This document shows, piece after piece, positions 37,615 to 46,786 of a stretch of DNA of 64,000 nt. The first letter of the stretch is position 1; each line of letters opens with the position of its first letter. The notes under the pieces are model-generated. The model saw only the letters and a program-made list of their open reading frames with translations. It was not told the origin of the DNA and made no database searches. The translations under genes and the position numbers were made by a program. Source of the DNA: Candidatus Limnocylindria bacterium (GTDB lineage Bacteria > Chloroflexota > Limnocylindria > Limnocylindrales > CSP1-4); contig DATKBR010000025.1 in NCBI GenBank assembly GCA_035513775.1, positions 3,240 through 67,239 on the forward strand, given 5' to 3'.

Positions 37615-38631
37615 TTAGGCGGTGATTACCGAGCGGACGATCTCCTCGAGGCGCTCACGTGGCTCTCGCCCCAGGGTGCCCGGGGCGCCCAGCGCGGCGA
37701 GGGCGCGATCGCGATGGAGGCGGGCCTGGTCGCGGGTGTACTCGCGGGCGCCGCTGCGCTCCAGGATCGCCACGATTTCCGCGACGTGTTCGGGCAGCAG
37801 CCGCCCGTTCGCGTACAGCGCGGCGAGCCGCGCCCGGTCCCCGGGCGAGCCGTGCTCGAAGGCGTAGATCACCGGCAGGGTCTTCTTCTTGCGCGGGACG
37901 TCGGTCGGCTCCTTGCCGGTCGAGTGCTCCGGGCCCCAGATGCCCAGCAGGTCGTCGTTGAGCTGGAAGGCGAGCCCGAGATCCCAGCCGAAGGCGCGAT
38001 AGCGCTCGATGACGGCCTCGTCCTCGGTAGCGAGGACGGCACCGGCCTCGATCGAAGCCGCGATGAGCGCAGCCGTCTTCCGCCCGATCATGTCGAAGTA
38101 GAGCTCCACGGACAGGTTGTCGTGGTCGGCCATCCAGATGTCCAGGTACTGGCCCTCGCACAGCGCCACGCAGGTCCGGTCGTAAAGGCGCATCAGCCGA
38201 AGGACGGTCCGATCGGGGAAGCCGAGATCGGTCAGGCGATGGAGCGCGATTCGGCTCAGGCTGAAAAGCATGTCCCCGGTGTTGATCGCCTGGGGGATGC
38301 CGTGGAGCGTCCACAGGGTCGCGCGGTGGTGCCGCTCGCGGTCGTCGTCCTCGATGTCGTCGTGGACCAGGCTGAAGTTGTGGCCCAGCTCCACTGCCGC
38401 GGCGCCGGGCAGGGCGCGGCGGTGGTCGCCCGTGATCGACGAGTACGCGAGCAGGCCGAGTAGCGGGCGCATGCGCTTGCCGGTGGAGCCCGAGCCGTCG
38501 AGGCCGAGGTGGTAGCGGCACATCTCGTAGACGCCCGCGGTGACCGGGTCGGAGCCCTTGACGACGCGCAGGATTTCCGCCTCCGTGTCGGCGATCAGCT
38601 GCTCGATGTCCGGGCTCGTCGACAGGGCCAT
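37615..38631 (-). CDS. Polyprenyl (geranylgeranyl-type) diphosphate synthase
   Basis: 338 aa. First Asp-rich motif LVHDDIEDDD and second motif FQLNDDLLG. Confidence 0.9.
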   Translation of the reverse strand: MALSTSPDIEQLIADTEAEILRVVKGSDPVTAGVYEMCRYHLGLDGSGSTGKRMRPLLGLLAYSSITGDHRRALPGAAAVELGHNFSLVHDDIEDDDRERHHRATLWTLHGIPQAINTGDMLFSLSRIALHRLTDLGFPDRTVLRLMRLYDRTCVALCEGQYLDIWMADHDNLSVELYFDMIGRKTAALIAASIEAGAVLATEDEAVIERYRAFGWDLGLAFQLNDDLLGIWGPEHSTGKEPTDVPRKKKTLPVIYAFEHGSPGDRARLAALYANGRLLPEHVAEIVAILERSGAREYTRDQARLHRDRALAALGAPGTLGREPRERLEEIVRSVITA

Positions 38632-38721
38632 CGGCGCGAGTGTAGCCCGAGCGTGACAAACGTGCGCGGCGGAAGTAGCGGGTTCGGGTCGCGGTCAGGC
38701 TCTTCGGGGCGGCTCGAAGCG

Positions 38722-39588
38722 GTGTACCGTCACCGGGTGCCGGCTCCGCGTCGTTACGTCACCGAGGCCATCGTGCTGTCCCGCTTCGACTACGGCGAGG
38801 CGGACCGGATCCTGACCTTGATCACGCCCGGCGGCGGCAAGATCAAGGCGATCGCCAAGGGCATCCGGCGGCAGAAGTCGCGGATCGGGGGCAGCCTGGA
38901 GCCGTTCGCGGAGCTGCGGGTCGCGCTGGCCCAGGGCCGCACGTTCGAGGTCGTGACCCAGGTCTCCGTGGTGCATCCGTGGCTGAACCTGCGCGACGAC
39001 CTCGTTTCGTTCGGCACGGCGTCGTACATGGCGGAGCTCGCCAACGGCACGCTCGAGGAGCGCCACGCCGCGGAGTCCGTGTACGTGCTCCTGAAGCGGG
39101 GCTACGAGATCCTCGACGCCGGGATGGCGCCCGGGCGGGTCGCTCGGTGGTTCGAGATGCATCTCGCCGACGAGCTGGGCGTGCGCCCCGAGGTCGACCG
39201 GTGCGTGGAGTGCGGCCGCCTCCTCGACGCCGACGAGCGCTACCGCTGGCTGCCGCCGCTGGGCGGCGTCCTGTGCGATCGCTGCCCAGGTCCACCGTTC
39301 GAGCGGGCGGGACTGACCCTCGAGGCCCTGAAGCTGCTCAAGGCGTACCAGCGCCAGGACGTCGAGGCCCTCGCCGCGCTGCGCATCCGACCCGAGGTGG
39401 AGCGCGAGGTGGAGTTCGCGATGCGCGAATTCCTTGCCTACTCCCTCGATCGCAAGCCGCGCTCGCTCGCGTTCCTCGACGAGGTGCGAAGCGGCGCGCT
39501 CGCTGAGGCGGGCCCGGCCGCGGGCGTCGCGGCGCCCCGTCACGCCCCCACGGCGCCCCACCCGGGCACCCCCGTGTCGACCACCTGA
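38722..39588 (+). CDS. recO: DNA repair protein RecO
   Basis: EAIVLSRFDYGEADRILTLITPGGGKIKAIAKG OB-fold N-terminus and a CVECG...CDRC zinc motif. The start is GTG 38722 or GTG 38737. Confidence 0.88.
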   Translation: MYRHRVPAPRRYVTEAIVLSRFDYGEADRILTLITPGGGKIKAIAKGIRRQKSRIGGSLEPFAELRVALAQGRTFEVVTQVSVVHPWLNLRDDLVSFGTASYMAELANGTLEERHAAESVYVLLKRGYEILDAGMAPGRVARWFEMHLADELGVRPEVDRCVECGRLLDADERYRWLPPLGGVLCDRCPGPPFERAGLTLEALKLLKAYQRQDVEALAALRIRPEVEREVEFAMREFLAYSLDRKPRSLAFLDEVRSGALAEAGPAAGVAAPRHAPTAPHPGTPVSTT

Positions 39589-40103
39589 TGGCGACCGTAA
39601 AGCTTCGCGACATCGTCACCGACGCTGATCGAGCGGCGGCGCTCGCGGTGCGGGCCGGCCCCGGCCAGGACCGCTTCGTCGCGAGCGTGGAGCAATCGCT
39701 CCGGGACGCGGTCGCCTATGCCCACGCGAAGCCGCGGTACTGGACGGTCAATGACGGGGGCGCGGTCGTCGGCTTCGTCATGCTCAGTGACGGCGTCGCG
39801 CCGGAGGTCGTGGAGGCAGATCCGCACATGGTCTCGCCCTACTTCCTGTGGCGGCTGCTGATCGACCACCGGCACCAGCGCCGCGGCTACGGCGCGGCTG
39901 CCTTCGACGCGCTCGTCGAGTACGTGGGCGAGCGGCCCGATGTCGATGCCCTGTACACGAGCGCCGTCCCCGGGGAGGGCTCGCCGCAGCCGTTCTACGA
40001 GCGGTACGGGTTCGTCCCGACGGGCGACGTCGCCGACGACGAGGTCGTCCTCCGGTTCGACCTGGCGGACCTCCCGACGAGCGCCGGTACACTCTGGTCA
40101 TGA
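39588..40103 (+). CDS. GNAT-family N-acetyltransferase
   Basis: 171 aa. ATG overlaps the recO stop by 1 nt. [14 protein letters not shown] and FYERYGF are GNAT motifs. Confidence 0.8.
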   Translation: MATVKLRDIVTDADRAAALAVRAGPGQDRFVASVEQSLRDAVAYAHAKPRYWTVNDGGAVVGFVMLSDGVAPEVVEADPHMVSPYFLWRLLIDHRHQRRGYGAAAFDALVEYVGERPDVDALYTSAVPGEGSPQPFYERYGFVPTGDVADDEVVLRFDLADLPTSAGTLWS

Positions 40104-40582
40104 CCACCAAGTCCGACGTCTCCCCGGGCAACTGGGCTGCGCTCGTCTCCGCCGGCCCGGCGATCGCTCGAGCCGTCAGCGCATCGGCAGGCTCCACCGA
40201 CAAGTCCGAGGCAGAGCTCGACGCCTATGTCCAGTTCGTGTCCGACGCGGCGATCGGGGCATCGGACGAGGACCTGCTCGGCCAGCTCGTCGCGGACGTT
40301 TCGAACCAGCTGGCGGTCGGCGTGGATCCGGTGAGCGGCGACGTGTTCTCCGAGGGCCTGGAGCAGGCTCGCCGCGCCGGGGCGATACTCGCGGTCGAGA
40401 TGGAGCCGGGAGAGGCCACGGCGATCCGCGGCTGGTACCTCGCGGCCGCGAGTCGCGTGGCGCAGGCTGCGCGCGAGGGCGGTGTCCTGGGAATCGGCGC
40501 CTCCGACGTCAGCACGTGGGAGCGCGAAACGATCCAGTCCATCGCGGACGCGCTCGGGGCCGACACCGGGAGCGCGAGCTAG
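40100..40582 (+). CDS. Hypothetical protein (160 aa)
   Basis: ATGA overlap with the GNAT stop, in the frame of track ORF 39848..40582. Helical, Ala/Asp-rich. No family recognised. Confidence 0.5.
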   Translation: MTTKSDVSPGNWAALVSAGPAIARAVSASAGSTDKSEAELDAYVQFVSDAAIGASDEDLLGQLVADVSNQLAVGVDPVSGDVFSEGLEQARRAGAILAVEMEPGEATAIRGWYLAAASRVAQAAREGGVLGIGASDVSTWERETIQSIADALGADTGSAS

Positions 40583-40624
40583 CACCGAAGCCGCCTGCTC
40601 GGCGGGGCGGAATTCCGCCTCTGC

Positions 40625-40630
40625 TAGGAT
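40625..40630 (+). promoter_or_regulatory. -10-like hexamer TAGGAT upstream of glyQS
   Basis: Sequence match only, 60 nt upstream of the glyQS GTG. Confidence 0.25.
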
Positions 40631-40689
40631 CGGCGCCCACGAAGCCTGAGACCGTCCCTTCCACGGCCGGCCGCCTACCGGAGCCCAAC

Positions 40690-42132
40690 GTGCCCAACCT
40701 CCCCGATACCCCCGCCGATCTCGACGCGCGCGCCGCCGCGGACTCCGCGAGCGACCCCGGTCCGGCCGTGGCCGAGCTCGACACGATCGTGTCGCTGTCG
40801 AAGCGGCGCGGCTTCGTGTACCCGAGCTCCGAGATCTACGGCGGCATCAATGCCGTTTGGGACTATGGGCCGCTCGGGGTGGAGCTGAAGAACAACGTCA
40901 AGCGCGCCTGGTGGCGGGCGATGGTCCAGGAGCGCAACGACATCGTGGGGCTCGACGCCGGCATCCTCATGCACCCCCAGGTCTGGATCACGTCCGGCCA
41001 CGTCGGCAGCTTTAACGACCCGCTGGTGGAATGCGCCACGGACCACCGCCGGTTCCGGCTCGACGAGCTGCCCGGCGGGGAGAACCTGTCTGCGACGGAC
41101 CTGCGCGACCCGGGGATCGTGGAGCGGCTCGGGCTGAAGTGCCCGGTCGACGGCGGGCCGCTTTCGGCGCCGCGCCAGTTCAATCTCATGTTCAAGACGC
41201 ACATGGGCCCGATCGAGACGGACTCGAACGTCGTCTACCTGCGCCCGGAGACCGCCCAGGGCAGCTACGTCAACTTCAAGAACGTGCAGCAGAGCTCGCG
41301 CAAGAAGATCCCATTCGGGATCGCGCAGATCGGGAAGAGCTTCCGCAACGAGATCAGCCCGGGCAACTTCGTCTTCCGGATGCGCGAGTTCGAGCAGATG
41401 GAGATGCAGTACTTCGTCCGCCCGGACGCCGCCGCGCAGGTCTTCGAGGAGTGGCTGCCCCGGCGCTTGGACTGGTACACGCGCTATGGCGTCAATTCGG
41501 AGCGGCTGCGATTCCGTGAGCACGCCCCCGACGAGCTGGCGCACTACGCCAAGAAGGCGATCGACGTCGAGTACCGCTTCCCGTTCGGCTGGAAGGAGCT
41601 CGAGGGCATCCACAACCGTGGCGACTTCGACCTGTCGCGCCACCAGGCCGAGTCCGGCGAGAGCCTCGAGTACTTCGACCCGGCGACCGAGGAGCACTTC
41701 GTGCCCTGGATCGTGGAGACGGCCGGCGGGCCGGATCGATCGGCGTTCACCTTCCTCATCGACAGCTATCGCGAGGAGGAGGTCCGCGGCGAGAAGCGTG
41801 TCGTCCTGGGGCTGCACCCGGCCCTCGCCCCGTACAAGGTCGCGGTCCTGCCGCTGCTCAAGAAGCGGCCCGAGATCGTGGAGGTGGCTCACAAGCTCCG
41901 CGATGACATCGCCCGCGACGAGATGGCGGTCTACGACGACACGGCGGCGATCGGCAAGCTGTACCGGCGCCAGGACGAGATCGGGACGCCGTGGTGCGTC
42001 ACGATCGACGTCGAGTCGCTCGAGGACGGCGCCGCAACGGTGCGCGACCGCGATTCGATGACGCAGGAACGGATCCCCATCGAGGGCATCAAGCGCGCGA
42101 TCCTCGACAAGATGTCCGCCGCGCGCGGCTGA
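40690..42132 (+). CDS. glyQS: Glycine--tRNA ligase (dimeric class II type)
   Basis: GTG 40690 with GGAG 7 nt upstream, inside track ORF 39940..42132. [27 protein letters not shown], and a C-terminal anticodon-binding domain ([15 protein letters not shown]). Confidence 0.93.
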   Translation: MPNLPDTPADLDARAAADSASDPGPAVAELDTIVSLSKRRGFVYPSSEIYGGINAVWDYGPLGVELKNNVKRAWWRAMVQERNDIVGLDAGILMHPQVWITSGHVGSFNDPLVECATDHRRFRLDELPGGENLSATDLRDPGIVERLGLKCPVDGGPLSAPRQFNLMFKTHMGPIETDSNVVYLRPETAQGSYVNFKNVQQSSRKKIPFGIAQIGKSFRNEISPGNFVFRMREFEQMEMQYFVRPDAAAQVFEEWLPRRLDWYTRYGVNSERLRFREHAPDELAHYAKKAIDVEYRFPFGWKELEGIHNRGDFDLSRHQAESGESLEYFDPATEEHFVPWIVETAGGPDRSAFTFLIDSYREEEVRGEKRVVLGLHPALAPYKVAVLPLLKKRPEIVEVAHKLRDDIARDEMAVYDDTAAIGKLYRRQDEIGTPWCVTIDVESLEDGAATVRDRDSMTQERIPIEGIKRAILDKMSAARG

Positions 42133-42339
42133 CGCCCCACCCCGGCGCGGAGCCCGACTGGCGTTCACGCGGCCGCGCTGCTCGCGTTCCTGCACGGCAA
42201 GGCGAATGAGCCGTTCGACTGGGATCGGCGGCCGTTCTTTCTCCAGTTCGGCGAGGCCGACCCGAACGTCAGGCGCGCCGCCTTGGAGCAGCTCTGCCGC
42301 GAGTGCGGCGTGGACCCGGAGCGATATCTAGGGACATGA
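42133..42339 (+). pseudogene. Start-less coding-like stretch (68 sense codons plus TGA), in frame with and immediately after the glyQS TGA; gene remnant or read-through extension
   Basis: Translation RPTPARSPTGVHAAALLAFLHGKANEPFDWDRRPFFLQFGEADPNVRRAALEQLCRECGVDPERYLGT*. G/C-rich third positions and a protein-like composition. The only in-frame ATG/GTG/TTG are a TTG and a GTG within the last ~20 codons. Confidence 0.3.
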
Positions 42340-42374
42340 AAAACGCCCCCGCCCGGCGATGCCGGACGGGGGCG
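42339..42374 (-). terminator. Rho-independent terminator of the S1 protease gene
   Basis: Stem CGCCCCCGCCCGGC / GCCGGACGGGGGCG with a GAT loop (42344-42374). Followed on the minus strand by TTTTT (42339-43), 15 nt after the protease stop. Confidence 0.7.
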
Positions 42375-42389
42375 GTGGAGTTGCGGGGC

Positions 42390-43415
42390 CTAATTGGGGC
42401 AGTTGTTCGGTGGCTGCGTACCCACATTGCAGACCACGGAATTGGGACCATTGCCGTTGACGACGGCATCCCTGACGTCGAGGGTGTCGCCGTCGAAGAT
42501 CGGGCCGAACATGTACGCCAGACCCGTGTACCCGTAGGAGTTAACAGAGCCGAGGCTACCTGACCCGTCCGCCGGGTTCGTGGTGCCGAAGAGCCACCCG
42601 CCACCGGACGAACCGCCGTTCATCTTGCAGGCCATGCCCCACGTGCCGACATCGTACGGATCCCCGACCGTGGCGCCAGTGCAGTAGATGAGGTCCTTGC
42701 CCTTGTACTTGCCTTGCGCAGGGTAACCGAAGGCCCATGCGACAGGACCTGGCGAACCGATGGACGTCGTGAGGCCGTAGCCGCCGGTGACCGCCGTATC
42801 GAGTTGACCCAACTTGTTCCCGGTGCCCACGCGAGCGAAGCCGTAGTCGACGCGGAGCGCCGAGTCGGGTCCGAAGCCGCTCGGAACAAAGTTCGTGTGT
42901 GCGGAAAGCCGATTGGCGGTCCAGCAACCCATGACGCGGGTTACGCAGTTGTAGTCCGGGTTGTCGTCGAAGTCCGGCATGAACAGGAAGTTGTACGACC
43001 AGCCGTCGTTGCCGTCGAACACGCAGTGGCCCGCGGTGAGGATGACCGAGTAGTCCGTGTCGCTATCGCTCACCACTGAACCGGAGCAGATCCAGTTCGA
43101 GCCGCCAGACGAGAACAGGATGCGGCCGACCCGCAGCTCGACGGGCTCGTTGCCCGTCCAGGAGGCGCCGGTCACGGCACCACCGTCACCGTCACCGCCA
43201 CCGCCGGGCTTGCCCTTGGACGGGACGAGCTTTCCGGCGTCGTTACGTACGAAGTCGCGGGGCTGCGCCGATGCGATCCGCGCGGGAGTCCAGTAGGCAA
43301 TGATCCGGTCCTGCTCCGCCTTCGCGGCGGACTGGGCGCTGCCGGCGCCGACCCCCGCTGGGAGCAGCAGGGAGAGCGTGAGCGCGGCCAGGGCTACGAA
43401 GACGCGGGAACGCAT
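42390..43415 (-). CDS. Secreted chymotrypsin-fold (S1 family) serine peptidase
   Basis: 341 aa. Signal peptide MRSRVFVALAALTLSLLLPAGVGAG, catalytic His motif LTAGHC, Ser motif NGGSSGGGW. GGAGGA SD upstream. Visibly lower G+C than the neighbours. Confidence 0.85.
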   Translation of the reverse strand: MRSRVFVALAALTLSLLLPAGVGAGSAQSAAKAEQDRIIAYWTPARIASAQPRDFVRNDAGKLVPSKGKPGGGGDGDGGAVTGASWTGNEPVELRVGRILFSSGGSNWICSGSVVSDSDTDYSVILTAGHCVFDGNDGWSYNFLFMPDFDDNPDYNCVTRVMGCWTANRLSAHTNFVPSGFGPDSALRVDYGFARVGTGNKLGQLDTAVTGGYGLTTSIGSPGPVAWAFGYPAQGKYKGKDLIYCTGATVGDPYDVGTWGMACKMNGGSSGGGWLFGTTNPADGSGSLGSVNSYGYTGLAYMFGPIFDGDTLDVRDAVVNGNGPNSVVCNVGTQPPNNCPN

Positions 43416-43575
43416 GGGACGGGATCCTCCGACTGGCAGGTTCGGGTGAGGTTGTCACGCAGAGTACTGCGCGGGCGTCGCCGCGCAAGCAAGTAAGCGA
43501 CACCGCCAGCCCCGAAGTTGCCGGCCCGCACCGCGAACCGGCCCGACGGGGGCCGGGCGCGCCGCGCGGCGGCGC

Positions 43576-43581
43576 TAGAAT
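43576..43581 (+). promoter_or_regulatory. -10-like hexamer TAGAAT upstream of the AA_synth-family gene
   Basis: Sequence match only, 27 nt upstream of GTG 43608. A GAGGAGGAGG SD lies at 43591-43600. Confidence 0.3.
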
Positions 43582-43607
43582 CGCCGGATCGAGGAGGAGG
43601 TGCGCGC

Positions 43608-44180
43608 GTGGCCGTGACGATCCGGAAGTGGGCGACGTTCGTCGAGGAGCTCCACGAGGAAGGCGGCAAGAAGCTCGCGCGCCCGCTGCGCCGCGCCGCC
43701 GTCGCCGTGGTCGTGAAGAACCCGTACGCGGGCTCGAACCCGGACGATCTCACCGAGCTGATCGACTTCGGCGAGTTCCTGGGCGAGGAGCTGACCCGCC
43801 GCGCGAAGGAGGCGCTCGGGACGCCTGTCGAGGCATACGGCAAGGGCGGCATCGTGGGCGAGGCGGGGGAGCTGGAGCACATCGCAGCGTGCCTGCATCC
43901 CAAGTTCGGCCAGCCGACACGCGCCGCCGTGGGCGGCGTCTCCATCCTGCCGTCGGTCAAGAAGCGCGCGGCCATGGGCGCGACCCTCGACATACCCGTC
44001 CACCACATCAAGGCGATGCTCGTCCGGTCGCATTTCGACGCGATGGAGATCCGCGTACCCGACGCGCCGGCGGCCGACGAGCTGCTGCTCGCCCTTGCGG
44101 TCACGGACGGCGGGCGGCCGCACGCTCGGGTTGGTGGCCTCAAGGCCGAGGACGCCGTCGGCGAGGACGGGCTCCGCTAG
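43608..44180 (+). CDS. Amino-acid-synthesis (AA_synth/DUF1185-like) family protein
   Basis: GTG 43608 with a strong SD, 190 aa. IRKWATFVEELHEEGGK, VVVKNPYAG, AYGKGGIVGEAGELEHIAA and HPKFG match my recollection of this family. Confidence 0.75.
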   Translation: MAVTIRKWATFVEELHEEGGKKLARPLRRAAVAVVVKNPYAGSNPDDLTELIDFGEFLGEELTRRAKEALGTPVEAYGKGGIVGEAGELEHIAACLHPKFGQPTRAAVGGVSILPSVKKRAAMGATLDIPVHHIKAMLVRSHFDAMEIRVPDAPAADELLLALAVTDGGRPHARVGGLKAEDAVGEDGLR

Positions 44181-44223
44181 CGGGGCGAGCGAGCCGACGA
44201 GTGCCAGTCACGGAGCAGGGCCC

Positions 44224-45468
44224 TTGCGCACGCTGATCATCAACATCGGCATCGTTGCTACGGGCGACATCGACGCGCCGATCGCGGACGCTGACTCGAT
44301 CCTGATCGAGGACGGCCGGATCACGGCCGTGGGCCGCGGCCTCGACGGCGACGCCGGCGCCGGCTCGGGCGGCTCACCCGGCGGCGCAGACCTCCAGGTG
44401 ATCGATGCGAAGGGCACGACCGCGATGCCCGGCCTGATCGATTCGCACGCCCATCCGGTGTTCGGTGACTTCACGCCGCGCCAGCAGGCGCAGAACTTCA
44501 TCGAGTCCGGCCTCCACGGTGGCGTCACTACCGTCATCTCCGCCGGTGAGGTCCACCTGCCCGGCCGGCCCAAGGACATCGTCGGGCTCAAGGCGCTCGC
44601 CATCGTCGCGGCGAAGGCGTACGGCAACTTCCGGCCCGGTGGCGTGAAGGTGCGCGCCGGCGCGCCGATCCTGGAGCTCGGGCTGGAGGAGCACGACTTC
44701 GCCGAGATGGCCGCCGGCGGCGTGACACTCGTTGGCGAGATCGGCCTCGGGAGCGTCAGGACCGGCGCGCAGGCGGCGCCGATGGTCGCCTGGGCAAAGC
44801 AGCACGGCATGACGGTCACGTTCCACACCGGCGGGCCCTCGATCGCCGGCTCCAATCCCATCGCCGCAGACGCGGTCCTCGAGGCACGGCCGCACATCGT
44901 GGGGCACGTCAACGGCGGCACCACACCCATGTCCGACGCGGACATCGAGCGCGTGGTGGACACGGAAATGGCCATCGAGATCGTCCACTGCGGCAACGGG
45001 CGGGCCGCGATACACGCTCTCCGGGCCGCAACGGCGCTGGGCGGCGCGACGGGCGGCGGCGCGAAGGTCCTCGACGGCCTCCGCCGCGTGATCGTCGGCA
45101 ACGACGCCCCGTCGGGCACCGGCGTCGTGCCGCTGGGGATCCTGCGCGTGCTCGCGCACCTCGCGTCGCTAGGGGGCGTCGCACCGGAGATCGCGGTCGC
45201 CATGGCGACCGGCAACACAGCGCGCGTCCACGGCCTCGACGTTGGGGTCCTCGCGCCCGGTCGCGCCGCCGACATCGTCCTCTCGGATGCGCCGATAGGG
45301 TCGCAGGCGTCGACGGCCCTCGATGCGCTGCGCATCGGTGACCTGCCGGGCGTGTCGATGGTCCTGATCGACGGCGCGGTAATGATCGGGCGCAGCCGGA
45401 ACACGCCGCCGGCCGCACGCGCTGCCGAGGTGGTGGGCGGGGGCGGCCCCGCGGCGGGCGGCCATTGA
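44224..45468 (+). CDS. Metal-dependent amidohydrolase, enamidase-like
   Basis: TTG 44224 inside track ORF 44095..45468, 414 aa. PGLIDSHAHP HxH motif. The overall pattern (…FTPRQQAQNFIESGLHGGVTTVISAGEVH…) resembles the enamidase subgroup from memory. Confidence 0.8.
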   Translation: MRTLIINIGIVATGDIDAPIADADSILIEDGRITAVGRGLDGDAGAGSGGSPGGADLQVIDAKGTTAMPGLIDSHAHPVFGDFTPRQQAQNFIESGLHGGVTTVISAGEVHLPGRPKDIVGLKALAIVAAKAYGNFRPGGVKVRAGAPILELGLEEHDFAEMAAGGVTLVGEIGLGSVRTGAQAAPMVAWAKQHGMTVTFHTGGPSIAGSNPIAADAVLEARPHIVGHVNGGTTPMSDADIERVVDTEMAIEIVHCGNGRAAIHALRAATALGGATGGGAKVLDGLRRVIVGNDAPSGTGVVPLGILRVLAHLASLGGVAPEIAVAMATGNTARVHGLDVGVLAPGRAADIVLSDAPIGSQASTALDALRIGDLPGVSMVLIDGAVMIGRSRNTPPAARAAEVVGGGGPAAGGH

Positions 45469-45544
45469 TGGCTCGTCACTTGGCCGCCGCACTGCCCGGT
45501 GAGGGAGCCGCCGCCGGGCTCGACGGATTTCCGCTTGAAGCAAA

Positions 45545-45561
45545 CAGTTCCCGGGGAACTG
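45545..45561. promoter_or_regulatory. Perfect 8+1+8 inverted repeat CAGTTCCC-G-GGGAACTG (candidate operator)
   Basis: Read directly from the sequence. Lies in the 325-nt non-coding gap between the amidohydrolase and the LLM oxidoreductase. Confidence 0.3.
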
Positions 45562-45793
45562 GCCGACGAAGCGCGGCAACCCCAGCCATCGAGCGGCTCG
45601 GCGGGCGTCGGTGCCTGACCGCGGGTGCCTCGCCAAGCACGAGCCGCGCGCCATGGAGCTGCGGAAGGCCGGTCGATAGCGGATGGGTGGATCCTGAGCA
45701 CGTCGGGATCGCCGATGTTGTTCGCTTGAAGCGAATTCCTGCCGGCAGGTCGCCTCGGCGCGCCCAAATCCGAGCCGCGCGAGGGTCGGCCCG

Positions 45794-46777
45794 ATGAGGT
45801 TCGGGCTGCGACTGCCGAGCTTCGCCCTGGGGACGCAGACCGCGGGCCTCCAGGAGATGGGCGCGTACCTGCGCCGAGCGGAGGACCTCGGGTTCGAATC
45901 GGCGATGCTGATCGACCACCTGCTGGTCGCGCCGCCGGCGTACCGCGTGACGTGGCTGGAACCAATCACGCTTTTGGCCGCGCTGAGCGGCGTCACCCGC
46001 ACGATCCGCCTCGGCACGCTCGTGCTGGTACTGCCCTTCCGCGATCCCGTTGCGTTCGCGAAGGAGTGGGGGACCCTCGACCAGCTGAGCGGCGGCCGGT
46101 CGATCCTCGGCGTCGGCGTTGGCTGGAACCGGGAGGAGTTCGCCGCGCTGCGCATCCCGATCGAGGAGCGCGGCCGGCGGATGAACGAGATGCTGGAGGC
46201 GATCACCGCGCTGTGGGCCGGCGACGACGTCAGCTACGAGGGCAAGTACTACAGCTTCGAGCACCTGACGATCGAGCCGAAGCCCGCCCAGAAGCCGCAC
46301 CCGCCGATCTGGATCGGGGGTGGCACGCAGCCATCCGAGAAGATCTACGGGCAGGGCGTCGACACCATCCAGCCGGTGCTGCGCCGGATCGCGAAGTACG
46401 CCTCGACGTGGGTGCCGCATTCGTCCGCGACCGCCGAGATGGTGGCCGGCGACTGGGCCAACATCCGCGCGTACATGGTCGAGAACGGGCGCAATCCGGA
46501 CGACATGAGCCGCGTGTATTCGAACTTCGTGCACATCCTCGCGCCGGGCGAGAAGCCCGAATCGGCGGCGGCCAAGTTCCGCGTCTACTCCGGCATGGAC
46601 CTCGACTACTGGCAGGAGTTCTACCTGCTCGGCGAGGCAGAGGAGGTGGCCGAGCGCATCCGCGGCAAGATCGAGGCCCTGGGCGGGGTGGACCACCTCA
46701 TCCTGAACCCGCTCGACTGGGATCCCGCCGCGATCGAGGTCCTCGCGGAGCGCGTCCTGCCGCTCGTCACGGCGTAG
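45794..46777 (+). CDS. Luciferase-like monooxygenase (LLM) class, probably F420-dependent oxidoreductase
   Basis: 327 aa. MRFGLRLPSF..., LGFESAMLIDHL, RIRLGTLVLVLPFRDP and GRSILGVGVGW are typical LLM patterns. Confidence 0.85.
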   Translation: MRFGLRLPSFALGTQTAGLQEMGAYLRRAEDLGFESAMLIDHLLVAPPAYRVTWLEPITLLAALSGVTRTIRLGTLVLVLPFRDPVAFAKEWGTLDQLSGGRSILGVGVGWNREEFAALRIPIEERGRRMNEMLEAITALWAGDDVSYEGKYYSFEHLTIEPKPAQKPHPPIWIGGGTQPSEKIYGQGVDTIQPVLRRIAKYASTWVPHSSATAEMVAGDWANIRAYMVENGRNPDDMSRVYSNFVHILAPGEKPESAAAKFRVYSGMDLDYWQEFYLLGEAEEVAERIRGKIEALGGVDHLILNPLDWDPAAIEVLAERVLPLVTA

Positions 46778-46786
46778 CCGAACGGC

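Noticed and set aside
38632-38721. A TTGTCA motif (minus strand) as the promoter for the polyprenyl synthase gene.
   Set aside because: The only -10-like hexamer (TACACT) is just 9 nt downstream of it, which is incompatible with sigma-70 spacing.
39588-40582. The GNAT plus downstream 160-aa ORF as a GNAT-type toxin-antitoxin pair.
   Set aside because: Known GNAT TA systems have a small RHH/DUF1778 antitoxin upstream of the toxin. Here the partner is downstream, is 160 aa and lacks a DNA-binding motif. The GNAT itself looks like a housekeeping polyamine/aminoglycoside-type acetyltransferase.
40583-40689. Possible T-box leader upstream of glyQS.
   Set aside because: The gap is only ~107 nt, far shorter than a T-box. 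I could see no specifier loop or T-box sequence.
45473-45525. Superficial resemblance to the ZTP (pfl) riboswitch core: GGCTCGTCACTTGGCC...CCCGGTGAGGGAGCC...GCCGCCGGGCT versus GGGUCGUGACUGGCG...CCGGGGAGCGACCC...CCGCCUGGGC.
   Set aside because: Several positions that I recall as near-invariant differ (extra T and C in the GACUGGCG box, no clear P2 hairpin). It starts 4 nt after the upstream stop and 270 nt from the next gene. The downstream genes are not typical ZTP-regulon members. A cmsearch would be needed, so it is kept only as part of the general structured-gap finding.
45465-45797. 110-aa plus-strand ORF filling the amidohydrolase-LLM gap.
   Set aside because: The translation (…AAALPGEGAAAGLDGFPLEANSSRGTGRRSAATPAIERLGGRR…) has no motif or plausible fold signal and no SD. 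It is more consistent with non-coding sequence.
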